The notes under the pieces: generated by a model
Database searches by the model: none
What the model was told of the DNA's origin: nothing
Seen by the model: only the letters and a program-made list of their open reading frames with translations
Assembly (NCBI GenBank): GCA_964016885.1
Contig: OZ024742.1
Location: 209,002,001-209,066,000, forward strand
Direction of reading: 5' to 3'
Length of the DNA: 64,000 bases
DNA from: Eledone cirrhosa
Lineage: Eukaryota
Position numbers and translations under genes: made by a program
Shown: piece after piece, positions 15,366 through 29,863 of the stretch
How positions within the stretch are numbered: the stretch's first letter is position 1
Layout: each line of letters starts with the position of its first letter

Positions 15366-16518
15366 ATATATATATGTGTGTGTGTGCGTGTGTGTGTGCG
15401 TGTGTGCGTGCGTGCATGTGTGTGTATGTGTGTATGTGTGTGTGTGTGCGTGTGTGAGTGCGTCTGTGTGTGAGTGTATGTGTATTGTGTGTTTGTTTAT
15501 TTTGTGTTATTTTTATAACAAAGGAGTTAATGAAATTCAAAAAGCATTGATGCATAATATGAAAAACACTATACATTATAAATCGCAAAGAAATTCCAGA
15601 ATTTAGGGTGTTAAAATGTACAAGTATATTTAACTATATTCTTGACAAACAGTTTTAACAGAATGAAACAGCAGACAACAATGTTATGCTTGCGAAATGC
15701 ATAATATCATAAAATATTGATTGAAACCAGCTAAGAGCATTATCATTATTATCTGCTGGTGCGAGACGAAATGAAAATTTAGGGGAACGAAATGTTATAC
15801 ACAGACAATGAGTCGGTCAAATAATAATAAACAATGAAACAAACTAAAGTTTCTTAATTTATCTGTGCATATTTTTATTAGCTGGTGAGAGTCATGAAAA
15901 CAGGAGCAGCAGTTATACAACGAACTAAGTGTATAAGAGTAGTATATCCATTTGAAATTTGAGTGCTAATATCACCAGCGTCTTATAACTTTAATACCTG
16001 TAATATAATGGGAATTAATTCAATTTTGTTTTCATTTAGAGTTTTCAAACGTTTTGGCATTTTGCCATGAAACGGAACTTTCTAGTCTTTGGTTCCCTAT
16101 GTGTATTGGTTTAACAAAAGGAAAAACAAAATATATGCAAAAATAAGACGACAAAGAAAGTTAAGTAGACATAGAAAGAATAGCTATGAATACATTCAAC
16201 GTGCCAACCCAAAAATGCAAGTAAGAAACAAAATATGCTTCATAAAGATTGGTACATGTGTAAATCAGATTATACTTGCTCAAATATGACGACAAACGTT
16301 TTATCACTGACAAGGTTTTATATGGACAATGAATTACATTGTGTGCCCAACGCTCTAGAAAGTATTCATAAATATTCATGAAATTAGAAGATTTTCTGGG
16401 TAGCTGACTCATAGCTAGATCTAATGATCACCGGTCATACACTTGAGTGAATATAAAGGGAAAAAAAAAAAGAAAAACAAGACAATGCATTTTCATGCTG
16501 AAGTAGATTATACACACT

Positions 16519-16555
<37 letters not shown>

Positions 16556-16585
16556 CAGTGTGTATATATGATGTGTGTGTATGTT

Positions 16586-16688
<103 letters not shown>

Positions 16689-17130
16689 TACATATATATA
16701 TATACCCCCGTACTTCTTACATGTATGCTCCCACTTTTAAGAACCCTAATTTTTTTTTTGCACAAGGATATTTAGCTAACGTTCTCTCACTCTCCCCTTC
16801 CCTCCCGCTCTCCTCTTATCTCCTCTCCCCATCGCTCCCTCTCTCTCCATGTCTCTCCCTTCAAAATCTTTCAATTAATAACACCTTCCTTCATTTTCAC
16901 CATCATTATATATATGTATGCATATGTACACTGATTCCCAGTTCCTCCTCCTTACACCCGCAACTCCTCTCTCCTCTGTTTTCTTCTCATACATTAACTC
17001 ATAAGCCGAAACACAAATACGTAAAAAGGTCTCATGTATACAAACACCATTGAGCAAATACGATCTCTTTATATGTTTTCTCTCATAGTTTCTCTACCTC
17101 TCTGTCTCCCCACTGCTCTCTTTCACTCTG

Positions 17131-17207
<77 letters not shown>

Positions 17208-17226
17208 ATCTCTCTCTTTCTCTCTC

Positions 17227-17261
<35 letters not shown>

Positions 17262-17274
17262 TTATATACATACA

Positions 17275-17757
17275 TAGATACATAGATACATACATAGATA
17301 CATACATACATGGTGGCTGCCAACTCGTTTTCGAGTATGGCCACTACTTTATATCCATGTAGGAGAACTCCTACCGATGCGCTGAACGAGTGTGACTTTT
17401 TAGTCCAGCCAGCGACTTGAAAACTCTGGTACAAACATTACACTTGTGACAATTATTGACACATAGTGCTGGGCCCATGGTACCATGTGACGACAAGTGC
17501 AGAGAGATCTCCAGATATAAAGCAATGCCTGTACCGTGAAGCTTTTATAGTGAGCAAAGGCACTGCACAAAGCCAGTCCCACTCTCTTAACCAAGATGAT
17601 ATTTACCAAAAAGAACAAGTCAACATCATTGGATACCATCAGGGTTGCAGGTGTTATATCAGAGTTTTCCTTCTCCTAGAATTCTGCCTTGACAAAGGCT
17701 AAGGGGTCATCTCTCCCGGTGATTTTGGATGGCCATTGACTCTTAAGAGCTCCTATA
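17275..17757 (-). mobile_element. Non-coding retroposon family C with (TGTA)n tail
   Basis: Homologous to the copies at ~37110, ~37453 and ~38100 (shared ATGGCTGC, GAAGCTTT, CCACTCTCT, CTCCTAGAA, GGATGGCCRTTGACTCT). Each abuts a (TACA)n tract. Confidence 0.7.
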
Positions 17758-17970
17758 CTCTTTGATATATATACATACATATACACATACATACACATAC
17801 ATACGCACATACATACATATACACGTACATACATACACACATACATATATACACATACATATATATACATACATACACACATACATACACATACATATAT
17901 ACATACATATATACATACATATACACGTACATACATCATATATACATATACATATACATACATATATACA

Positions 17971-18049
<79 letters not shown>

Positions 18050-18065
18050 ATATATATACACACAC

Positions 18066-18163
<98 letters not shown>

Positions 18164-19029
18164 CATACCATGTACAAGCACACACGTGTTCATACATATA
18201 CGTAATAACACACACAACACATACATTTATGCACAGACATCTCGCAAACTATGTTTGTAAACATGGAATAGTTTCGAAACATACTCACTCTCCCAACAGA
18301 TATATTTTATGTTCGTCAGATATTTTATGTTCTTCGGTCAGACAATGTAAGGTTGGGGTGTTTTGTTTATAAACGAAATAGAAACCCGCCTGATCAGTGA
18401 GTCACAGCTGGATTTATCTACAAGAACTAGCTTTTGAGTTATACCATTACACAGGAGATAACTGGAAAGAATGTGATAGAGAAAACTTGTGAAGGATAGG
18501 CATGGGGAAATACAAAGAAACATAGAGAAAGCTAAAAAGAGAGAAATAGGAGAAAAGTGAGAGAAAGCTACAAAAAATATTGGAGATTACGAGAGATTGT
18601 GAGAGTGAGGGAGTAGAAATGTTGAGTTATCCAAGCCTTATCAGGTCTTTTAAATAACATACATCTTATTGTTTCGAAAGTTGTAAAATAATTGCAGTAG
18701 ATATTGTCTTCAAATATTTCTAATACCTCAACTCATTATCTATATATTAACATATGGCGAATACTCAACGTAGTTATACGATAGGATCAAAATATTGGAT
18801 GCTATTTTTCATTTAAGTATAATATAAGCAGCGTTAGATCGCATTTCATCTCTATTTGCCAATATATATATCTGTATAAGAAGTAGAAGCCAACCTGTTT
18901 GACCACCGTTCGTAGATATTTAAAAAGAAAACACGTTTTTCCTGGTTTCAATGATTAAACTGCGGTATTGCCAAGGACGTCATTCAATAGTTTAATAGTT
19001 TTAGTCAGTAATATTGACATAGGTAATAA

Positions 19030-19200
19030 TTCCAACAGCTCTATAGCCGTGCCGAGAGCTGCACGTGAACAGGAAGGACTCCATCAACAGCGGAGTCAGA
19101 CAAGGATGCCTGGCTGCCCCCGAGTTTTTCAACGATCACATCGACTACCTGATAAACAGTCTGTGAGTGAGTTCTGGCTTGAACTTCGGGATGTATATAG
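19030..19200 (+). mobile_element. Short RTE-like reverse transcriptase fragment
   Basis: Translates to INSGVRQGCLAAPEFFNDHIDY (RT motif B'). Confidence 0.7.
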
Positions 19201-19743
19201 TGTCTGTGTTTTATTGTTTAGAGTTAATTAATGCAATGGGTTTTTTTTTGTACTACAGTATATGCAAACATAAACTTAGATATAATTATATCTATCTATC
19301 TCTGTCTCTCGGGTTGGACACGTGTAAAACTTGCTCGGTAAGTTCTGTTTAGATTTCTCTAGAAATTTGTCAATTGTAGAGGGTCTGCCAGGTTAAGTTT
19401 TGATCTGCTCAGTTTCACAAAGTATCCTGCCCTTTAGGGCAAAACAATAATCATATTATCGAAACATTTGCAAACGTTAGAATTTTAAAAAATGACCGAA
19501 GAAACAGCATCCTTATCCTTGTCTACTTTGTCAACACAACAATATGGTAAGGGAAAGCCATGCTTAATACAGCAGCATGCTACCCCTCTGATAGTAGCAG
19601 ATGTGAAAAAAGAAATGCCAACAATCCTACCTCAACATTTAGATGTTGTTTGTTCCTCAAGCCAGTGTTGAACAAACATGCGACGATAGGTCACCGTCAC
19701 GACATAGCTTCTAATTGGGCTCGTTTGTCTACAAACGAATCGA

Positions 19744-19929
19744 ACGGTGGATTGGCAGTATCGGTAGATAATCGGACACCATGCTTTTCAGCATAGAGTT
19801 ACGGTCCTTTATGGTCTGATTTCAAATCCCACCGATGTTAACTTTGCCTTTCATCCTTACGCGATCGATAAAATAAAGTACCAGTAATGCACTGGGTAAT
19901 TGCTGGCCTTGTGCCAAAAGTAGAAACAA
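19744..19929 (+). mobile_element. SINE family A
   Basis: Match to the family-A consensus. Confidence 0.9.
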
Positions 19930-20393
19930 TTATTAATATTTGACATAACACATACGTACATATGTACAGTATATGCATATATGTGTGTGTGTATATATAC
20001 ATATACAAATATGTATATATATGTTCATACGTGTGTGTCTGTGTGTGTGAACGTATTCATGCTTACTTTTATGAATCAGCTGTGCTAGAGCGAGAAATAC
20101 AATTCTTATTTTACTTTTAGTATTAGGCAAAGCCAGCTGCAACTCGATCGGTATGCACATAAGGCTACTCAACCAATTTATACAGTCCTGGTGAAGGGTA
20201 ATGACCCAGAAATACGTTGATTGTTCCTAAAAGCCAGTTATATATTTTTAATTTATATATATATATGAACGCATGCACGCATGCAACCATAAGTGTTCTG
20301 TTCCTGAACAAGTACGTTTAGTGATAAGAAAAAACAGAAATATTGCAGTGTGTTACGTTTATTTATTGTTATCATTATTATTTGAGAATAAAA

Positions 20394-20581
20394 GGGAGGT
20401 CGATTGGCAGTATCGTTAGAGGGTCGGACGCCTTGCTTTGCGGCATAGAATTACGGCCCTTTACGGTCTGAGTTCAAATCCCGCCGAGGTTAACTTTGCC
20501 TTTCATCCTTACGGGGTCGATGAAATAAAGTACCAGTAATACACTGGGATAACTGCTGGCCTTGTGCCAAAAGTAGAAACA
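20394..20581 (+). mobile_element. SINE family A
   Basis: Match to consensus. TSD ATTATTATTTGAGA. Confidence 0.92.
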
Positions 20582-20934
20582 ATTATTATTATTTGAGACT
20601 TCCTTTGAATTCTACTTCTTTCCCAAACCAGGCCGAGTGTCAACCTGACACCCCAGGAAAAATTATATAATATACACATTTTACAATCAATTATAATATA
20701 GATGATGTCATAAGGACATAAACACCAGGAAATCTCTTTGCCACGTTTTTAGATTGATGTTCCCCAGGAACATGGACAGAGCTAGTCAGCATCAATTCCT
20801 GTATCTCTTGCAGAGATGGGTTTCCATGTATTATTTCCTTACCTCTCGGTGATGCTCTTCCAATTGGAGGATTCTAATTTAATTGGAGATTTTTAATTTA
20901 TTGTTATTTTGTTACCTTTTTTCTGTTTCCCCGA

Positions 20935-20983
<49 letters not shown>

Positions 20984-21029
20984 CCACTATCCTTTTCCAT
21001 TTGAATTGTCACTTATTATTATTATTTAG

Positions 21030-21235
21030 TTTGGTGAATTGTTAGAGCCGTTAGAGCGTCCGTCGGATAAAAATGATTCATGGCATTTGATGTGGTTCTT
21101 TACCGTCTGAGTTCACAACTCTCTCATATTAGCTCTGCCATACACTCGTACTTTGTCGATAAATGTACGAGTAACATGCTGGTATAGATATAGTCAATTT
21201 AGAAACAACTATTCATAAATTCAAAAGTAGAAACT
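21030..21235 (+). mobile_element. Decayed SINE family A-related copy
   Basis: TGGTGAATTGTTAGAGCCGTTAGAGCGTC head, CTGAGTTCACA, GTCGATAAATGTACGAGTAA. Confidence 0.55.
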
Positions 21236-21484
21236 GCATTGTTTATAACAGATTCCACTCGATCTGTCAACCTTAGAAAACACTTACCAGATCAAGCCCA
21301 AAATGATGGGATTTTGAAATGAAGTTCTTTACCACATTCATGCAGCCATACTTGTACCTATCTATAATAAGGGCATTAAATTTGTTTATGTATTTATGAA
21401 ATGATTTGTACGAACAATTCTGCGAACCAAATATAATATCTCGTTATGATCGAGGTGAAAATAAACTAACACATTCAGAGGCAA

Positions 21485-21516
<32 letters not shown>

Positions 21517-21990
21517 GTAAATAAATAGATAGATAATGATTTTATTATGCACACAATCAACATATTTAAGTGTTCAAGTACATATATTCAGACATGTTGG
21601 TTGCAGTGTAAAATAACTCAGTCCAGTTTGTTATCCTATAACAAACGGTTAGAAGATGTTTTGGGTTTGTTTTTTTTCTTCCAAAATCATATTCCCTTAT
21701 TTTCCATTTAGAAGATGGCTTAAAGATCAGCTGAGAGTAATGTTTTTAGAGAAGAGATGTTAAGAGTCGCCTGAGTGCAATTATATGACCGTGTGTTACC
21801 AGCTGGTAAAACTACCATACGTCTCAGCTATTCCACATTACTATAGGACTATTTTCCATCATTTTTATTTTGTTTATTGTTTCACATAATTCATTTTATA
21901 TGCTTTTTACATGTAATTCAGTTGAGAAGGGGATAATGCCTTTACACCGAATTTTAACCTATCATATTATGGTATTATTTTAGCTGTACA

Positions 21991-22174
21991 GGGCGGTGGA
22001 TTGGCAGTATCGGTAGAGAGTCTGACGCCATGCTTTCCAGCATAGTTACGACCTTTACGGTCTGAGTTCAAATCCCGTCGAGGTTAACTTTGCCTTTCAT
22101 CCTTACGGGGTCGATAAAATAAAGTACCAGTAATGTACTGGGTAATTGCTGGCCTTGTGCCAAAAGTAGAAATA
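21991..22174 (+). mobile_element. SINE family A, full length
   Basis: Perfect 17-bp TSD ATTATTTTAGCTGTACA (21974-21990, 22175-22191). Confidence 0.95.
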
Positions 22175-22559
22175 ATTATTTTAGCTGTACAACGAATTCT
22201 GTTTGAGATGTTATCCATTGTGGAAATGTTATAATGTCTGCAGACTCAAAAGAAACACGCTTATAGATTTCACAGTTTACTGTCAAACTAGTGAAAAGAA
22301 AGAGTCCTAAGAGATATTTAATGTGAGGCCAGCTATAAACCGAGACTAGTTAATGCTATACTATTGATAACTTGTTGAAATTATGACAATATTATAATAG
22401 TCAGTAATATGAGATATATCATTGTAGTAAATGTGTTCTGATTATGAATATTAATATAACTAATTAAATGAAATTAGTGAATATAATGATTCGCCAATTT
22501 GAAAAGGATAGATATGGATATATATAAAAAGTACATGATAATATGACAAGTCAGTCAAT

Positions 22560-23180
22560 CATATTGATGGCCTCCCCACAGCCCCGGTGAACAGAATGGA
22601 GAAGGCGTTTCCCCGGAGGACGGAAAGGGAGGCGCGCTGGAAGAGCCATTACCACTCGCGAGGATCACAGCTGCGGCTGGCCAGCTCAGCGCCTATGGTG
22701 GTGAATAGGGAGGTAGCCCTAGGGCCAAAGACACCAGAAGTCTCCACTGCCAAGGGTACGACCGTAAACCTGTCGGAGAGCGACCGGTATTTGGTGAGTT
22801 TGAACTCCTCAGCCCGACGTGCAGCAGTACCTGTGTTAGTCGCAGACTGCACCAGATTGCGGCTGGAGAAAGTGTCGGTGCAAGAGGCGTCCCAGACCAG
22901 GGTTCTGCCACTGCGGAACGGGAAGATGGTCATACCATCTGGCCTTTTGACATCCCTTCGGTCCAGCCCCACCGGCTCGAGCTAAGAAGCGAAGCCTGCA
23001 GCGTCCAAGCCATGCTTCATCACCTCGTTGAAGGCAGTATTGCCTGGAAGGCGGCCGGCACTGTAGCGACAGGAAAGCGGGTGGAGGCCGAAAGAGTCCA
23101 CGGTGAATACACAGCGACATTGGTGTGGCTCGCAGATTCGGAGGCCAAGCCTCAAGGAAACGCCGATGCGCAGGTGTAGC
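22560..23180 (-). mobile_element. 3' fragment of a CRE-like non-LTR retrotransposon (zinc knuckle + restriction-like endonuclease)
   Basis: LRLGL..CRC..H..SC, KRPDG, LVWDASC, AEEFKLTKY, VPLAVETSGVFG, QRASLSVLRGNA, with frameshift and stops. Clearly GC-richer than the flanks. Confidence 0.85.
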
Positions 23181-23848
23181 AAAATTATTGGAAAATCGTA
23201 GATAGGTATAAGTTCCTGGCCAATCGGAAATATATTTAGTTAGTTAAATACTTATAACGACTTGCTAAGTTTACAGAGTTGAAGGAAGGAAATAAGCAAT
23301 GGTACTAGGCATATATAATTACTGTATGGCAAAGGTATCACAAAAAATAACATAGGTTTACAAGCATATCAAGCAGGCAAAGATGTTTGTGTATTAGAAT
23401 TATGAGTTTATGGTGGATGTAGTGTGATGATTGTTTCTATAATGTTCAAATGCCTATGTGTTGAGAGTATCAATGTTATTGCTATCTTTTCCATTACATT
23501 GGTTATATTTTATTTTAGTAAATGTTTTTAATTAATTACAGCTATGGATTTAATTAATTACAGCTATGGATTTTAATTAATTACAGCTATTGGTCCTATT
23601 ATATTGTTATCCAGGGTTTGAGTTGTTGTGGAGTGATTCTTCTAACGGTTTAACTTCCGGAAGTGAGTTTGAGATCTCTATTATGGGGAGCTAATGCGAA
23701 AGAGGATATAACTAGCGATTAAATTGTATATAATAGAAGAAAGTAGAAAAAATGGAAAAAATGTATAGTTTTTTACAGCTCCAACTAGTTAAATTCTTTG
23801 TGCTAATATACATTATATTGTGTTACAAGTGAATCCCTTTTATATAAT

Positions 23849-24035
23849 TGTTTCTACTTTTAGCACAAGGCCAGCAATTACCCAGTACATTAGTGGTACT
23901 TTATTTTATCGACCCCGTAAGGATGAAAGGCAAAGTAGACCTCGGCGTAATTTGAACTCAGAATGGAAAGGGCCGTAACTCTATGCGTCAAATCATGACG
24001 TCCGACCCTCTACCTATACTGCTAATCCACCGCCC
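23849..24035 (-). mobile_element. SINE family A, full length
   Basis: TSD AATCCCTTTTATATAAT on both sides. Confidence 0.95.
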
Positions 24036-24518
24036 TAATCCCTTTTATATAATGCTATTTGTTTATATTTAATTTTAAATACAGTCTATTTTCCTATGGT
24101 ACATTAAAGGTCTCATTATATTGTTATCTATGCATTAATGAATAACGTGTAAGTAAGCTGTAGAAAAAATGTATAGTTGTTTACAGGTCCAATTGGTTAA
24201 ATCTCTTGTGTTATTAATATACATTATATTATGTTATAAGTGAATCCCTTATATATAATGTTATTAATTTATATATTTAATTATTAATATAATTTATTTT
24301 CCTATAACACATCATATTATTATCTATCCATTACTGAATATAATATAAGCAAGCTGTAGTGGTTATATTAAATGGTGTTAACTTTGTTTGTTCCTAATAG
24401 TTATTGTAGAGTATAAGGTTTGAGATAAATAGGAGTTAGGTAGAGAGATGAGCTGATCATAGAGTGGGATGCTTTGGGGGTAATTATATGCTGATAAGAC
24501 CTAGAGGTGAAGTGTCAA

Positions 24519-25165
24519 TTATGGTGAGGAATTCAGATCTGACATTGTTATATAATAGCAGCTAGGTTTAAAGCTATGTAAAGAGTGTCGGTGGTAGTGC
24601 TGGCACATGGAAAAAATCTCTGATTTTCTGTTTAGGAGGTCTAGTTTAGAATAGATTATAGTGCGGGTCTCTAGAAGACAGAGGTTACATAATTTATTCG
24701 GTCGTTTATACGATGCGGCCCTATCTATTACTTCCCATTGAAGTGTATATGGTATATTCCTAGTTTTCAGAGAGTGTATGTAGCTAGATAAAGAAGTGGA
24801 ATTGGCTAGATTGCGATTTTTGAAAGTGTGGAGATGCGAGTTATATCTCGTCTTAAAGCAGTTCGAAGTTGAACATATATATGCTTTAGAAGAGTTGTTT
24901 GTGTTGACCGCGCATGAGTAAAGGATGTCTTTGATTAAGCAATTTTTACCTAAAGGGCAAGTTCTATTTGTTCTACAGTTACAGTTATTCTGGTTGTTTG
25001 CTTGCCGGTTACTATGTTGTGTAGATGCCTGGTTGTTAGGGATATCATTAGGATAATGATGATTGTCGTTCTCATTGTTATTAATTTCATTAGTGTTATT
25101 ATCATTATTATTATTGCTACTAGAATTCTCTGGTACTATGTTGCTCTGTAAGTTGCTCTCTCTCT
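24519..25165 (-). pseudogene. PLE GIY-YIG endonuclease domain (open frame, 5'-truncated at a microsatellite)
   Basis: CNCRTNRTCPLGKNCL, DILY..AYIC(G)STS..FKTRYNSH, LSSYIH, CNLCLLE, LLNRKSEIFSMCQH. There is no credible start codon outside the microsatellite. Confidence 0.88.
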
Positions 25166-25166
25166 C

Positions 25167-25238
<72 letters not shown>

Positions 25239-25889
25239 CCATTTATGTTATGTTGTTTACCAAGAGGGAGAACTGTTAATTCCTGTTAGTAATGTAATAA
25301 ATCAAAGCATTTCACGTTATGCAAATCATCCATCGTAAATGTGGTATAAAACCAACAGAAAGCCGTACTAGGAAATTTCTTTAACATTTTATTTCTCCGA
25401 AAACACAATACATATTTCAATGGCATGGTTTCATCATCCGATCATAATGCAAGACTTAGGCGATTTCATCAGGGGTTGAATGCAGAATTAGTTGTATGAG
25501 ATAACAGGATTACGGAAAAATAAACAGAGAATGCAGGAGATATTTAGTTTAGGGATGGCTTGCGAATTCGGTGGTATTGTAACGGCAAACCATCCCCAAG
25601 TATCACACATTCATCTATGCTAAGAATTGTCGGTTGGTAGTCGCGATGAAGGGGCGTGGGAATTGTTAGGTGGCCACAAAAATCCTTCCGCATCAATCTG
25701 GTCAATGATCTGGATCCTACCACAACTGAAACGCTCCTTCTGTCACCTAAAGTGTTTGTATAAATATATATGAATTTGTACGAATAAAATGCCTGTGTAT
25801 GCCCACAAAGTCGCTATGTATGTGTTTATGTATTTGTATGCATGCATATTTGTATGTATATATGTATATGAATGTATATGTATACGTAT

Positions 25890-26180
25890 TGGTTACGGTG
25901 TTCGGCTCATGATGGTAATGGCGTGGCTTCGGTTCACGGCGGTTCATTGTGTTCTTGAGCAAGTCACTTTATTTCACAATGCTCCAGTTGACTCAGCAGT
26001 CAAACGTGAGCTGTACTCGTGATTCCTAGTGCTAGCTTGTCGCACATTATATTACTGAGCATCTCTCTGAGATTTACGTTAAGTGTCTGTGAAATGCTCA
26101 ATCTTATTCAAGTTATTTTCAAGAGTAGGTCGTTCTGTTGTCAAGCAACTGGAACATTTATCGTCATCGAAGGCGATAAA
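25890..26180 (+). mobile_element. Decayed SINE family B copy
   Basis: GTGTTCTTGAGCAAGTCACTTTATTTCACAATGCTCCAGTTGACTCAGC, shared with 6317-6458. Confidence 0.7.
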
Positions 26181-26785
26181 ATTTCAATATGTATAATGTT
26201 TGAGTGCACATATAACCCACAGTAAAGATTTAATCCTAGATACATATATTTTTTTTATTGTCATTTTATTTATTTATGTATTCCTTTTAATGACAACCCT
26301 TCATTCGTTATTTGAACAAGCCTTGTTTAATGTTATTTGGCAGACTGGCTTTCTCACATGTTCTAATTCTTCGCGCACTTGATGCCACAACGTTTGCTTT
26401 TCCTAAAGAGAATTAGACTTCTCTGAATTCATTTGCCTAATTTACTCCATTTAACTATATATCTCAACCCACACTCCTAGGAATTTTTGAAAAGGTCATA
26501 TTAGTTTTTCAATATGTCATATTCATGTAGTTCAACCTACACTTAGATCCTGTCAAGTCCCCGGGCTTCTCCACTGTTTTAGCAATTAATTCCTTGTTTT
26601 TCTTTTTATCTTTTATTCTGTCAATGAATCAGCGAGTCCCCTTCCTGTTTCCAGAGCACTCTTTATAATAAATATATTTTCCCTATAATTATCTTCAAGC
26701 CAATGTTTTCCAAACAGCATAGGCGAATTATATGCGTCCTGAATTCATGTTTATAAGCCTTTCTCGGCAGTACTGCGTGTAAGGA

Positions 26786-26816
<31 letters not shown>

Positions 26817-27350
26817 AAATATACACATTTCACTGTTAATGTAATTTGAGCGGTTTCAAACGATGTTTTTATCAAATCATTATCAAAATAAATGTCTTGT
26901 ATTTTCTATTATTTTAACATTATGCATTTCACCTACGCATTAAGAATAACGTGAATATATAAAAAGTATATAAATACTAACCAACGAAAAACATTTAATA
27001 ATAAAGTAATAAAATGTCAACTCACAGCAACTATTTACTATGGTCAGTTAATGAAACATGGATACACAATCTGCATAGATACACAACAAATATTATTAAA
27101 TGGCTTTATTACGAGAAACAAAAACAATATTTGCAACATTTCTGAACTTCATAACATTGGTGTTTCAGATTTTCGTTTGTCAAATGACGAGCATCTTACA
27201 TTCTCTCAGTATCGACTTCTTGATTTCCTTGACGATGAAGCAAATTCCAAATGTTGTTTCTATAGAAACCGCGTAACGAATGTTTGTTTGAAATGTTAAC
27301 TGACGACGCCGCACGAATAATAAATAGATTATAACTCTTCATTATCGTCT

Positions 27351-27525
27351 CTGGCAGTATCGATAGAGGCTCGACGCCATGCTTTCCAGCAGAGTTACGT
27401 CCCTTTACGAACTGAGTTCAAATCCCGCCGAGGTTAACTTTGCCTTTCATCCTTACGTGGTCGATAAAATAAAGTACCAGCAATGTACTGGGATAATTGC
27501 TGGCCTTGTGCTAAAAGCAGAAACA
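27351..27525 (+). mobile_element. SINE family A, 5'-truncated
   Basis: TSD ATTATCGTCT. Confidence 0.92.
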
Positions 27526-28039
27526 ATTATCGTCTTGAATATGTGTAATGTAGATCTAAAATAAATGTCAGAACTCTTACAACTGTAAATGCTTTGTTTT
27601 ATTCATAAATTAATTGAAATAACCAAATACCATAGGATTCATTGCTAAAATTATATGTTTGTACATATTCTTAGATAATTATGTAATCTGCAAAATTTCA
27701 CTCACAAGTCTTGAATCTACCCGAGACTATTCTAAATGATACTCTTCCAAAATACCTCGGAGTTGGATCGAAACTGGGACCTTATAAATGCAAAGAGAAC
27801 TTCTTGATCATTGGTCACCATGGACGCACTTGGAAAGATATTGGTACGTGATAGATTATGAAACATTATGGATGGTCGAAGAATAATAAATAGTATATTG
27901 CAGCTTTGACCATAATAAAACTGCTGGTTACCAAAACCGAATAATGTTTCTGTTTATATTATTTACTTTGAAGTAATGGTGTGTGAGTCTGAATTTCAAA
28001 AATATGAAAAATATTGTTTACTAAAACGTTAAAGATACG

Positions 28040-28085
<46 letters not shown>

Positions 28086-28310
28086 ACAACAACAACAACA
28101 ACATCATCATCATTGTGACCACACTCGAACATTCATGACAAAGTCTCTCCACAATTCACGATGTTCCATTGATTCTGATCAACTACTCCTTATTAAGGTT
28201 GGTATCGTCTGACAGTTGATCAATGAACGTTTCAGCAGGTCTTCCTCGACTGCGTCTCCCGTGAGTTGGTTCCCACAATAGTAGATTGTGTATAACTTCC
28301 TAAATCTATA
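28040..28310 (-). mobile_element. 3' end of an RTE-like LINE with (GAT)n tail
   Basis: LLLWEPTHGRRSRGRPAETFIDQLSDDT, followed by (ATG)n/(TTG)n. Confidence 0.8.
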
Positions 28311-29072
28311 CGACTATAACAGATATATTTAATCACTTCCTTCCTTGTACATCATTATTATGAACTTCAAAATGAACAATACACTCGTGAAATATGTCAC
28401 ATGTTAGATTAAATAATACTTGCTGAGAGAATTTTGTTTAAGAAAATGCTTTCAAATCATATTGCACCTTATATATAGTTCATTTATATGCTTTCATGTA
28501 TGAAAGACAAAATCTATTGCTTTTAATTGTGAAAATAGTGCTGAAATTAATGGAATATTTCAAAAAACATATTTGCTGTACTTTGTCTTATTCATTACTT
28601 TATTTTGTAGATTACTAAATGGATTTATACACATGATTACATGGGGTTCTATCGAGTAATCTGTCAAAACTATACAGAAACTTAAATACAGATGCATAAA
28701 TGTATGTACATCTGCTATAATATTCTTGGGTAAGAGTTGTTCAGAATTTTTCTAATTATAATTAATTTTACACTTCAAGTGAGTGACGAATCAACCTGTA
28801 TATGATTTCCAGCGAAGTTTCTGATGGTGCCATGTTCTCTAATTTCATCAATTTCGTGTCGAAACTAAATCAAAATTTGCGCCCTTTGTGAAATGCCCTG
28901 GAAAATCACAGGACTATGAATAAAGATTAACTTACAAGGTAGCAGCCTGTGAAGGCTGTGGGTATGGTCTATATATCACTTTATTTTGCTCACTCCATCT
29001 CACCTTTTTCATGTACTAGCTTTCTCTCTTTCTCCCTATCTCTCTCTCTCTCTCTCTTTCTCCCTATCTCTC

Positions 29073-29166
<94 letters not shown>

Positions 29167-29293
29167 ACTCTCCCCGACGGAACTAAAGCAATGAGTAAAA
29201 GCAGAAATCTACAACAAACACGTTCTGAAATATACATCATGAACGATTTCTCTATATTTTTAATAATAAAATGTCAATATTATGTAAACACTT

Positions 29294-29475
29294 GTGGATT
29301 GGCAGTATCGGTAGAGGCTCGGAAGCCGTGCTTTGCAGCAAAGAGTTACGGCCATTTATGGTCTGAGTTCAAATCCCGCCGAGGTTAACTTTGCCTTCAT
29401 CCTTACGGTGTGGATAAAAGAAAGTACCAGTAATACACTGGGATAATTGCTGGGCTTGTGCCAAAAGTAGAAACA
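29294..29475 (+). mobile_element. SINE family A
   Basis: TSD ATTATGTAAACACTT. Confidence 0.92.
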
Positions 29476-29678
29476 ATTATGTAAACACTTCTTAATATCG
29501 TTGATGTTTGATCTACAAATTGCTTGTCAATCATGTATAATCATTCCTCGTATTTGAATCATCGCAAGCATTTCAAAGTTTTTTTTTTTTGTTTTTGTTT
29601 TTTGTGGCTCTTTCGAGTTAGCATTAAATAGAATATAATGGAATATAATAGAATATAATAGAATAGAATATAATATAA

Positions 29679-29863
29679 GGGCGGTGGATTGGCAGTATCG
29701 GTAGAGGGTCGGACGCCATGGTTTCCAGCATAGTTACGTCCCTTTACGATCTGAGTTCAAATCCCGCCGAGGTTGACTTTGCCTTTCATCCTTACGGGGT
29801 CGATAAAATAAAGTACCAGTAATGCACTGGGTATTTGCTGGCCTTGTGCCTAAAGTAGAATGA
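29679..29863 (+). mobile_element. SINE family A
   Basis: Full-length copy. TSD-like ATTAAATAGAATATAAT, with (AATATAATAG)n expanded on the 5' side. Confidence 0.92.

Noticed and set aside
21991-22174. SINE heads as tRNA genes
   Set aside because: They have A/B-box-like motifs but no cloverleaf. They continue into a shared body and are flanked by TSDs.
26300-26780. Coding-looking minus-strand stretch (e.g. EKQTLWHQVREELEHVRKP after a TTTAG acceptor)
   Set aside because: All frames are interrupted and no family motif is recognised. It could be an exon or a transposon relic but cannot be supported.
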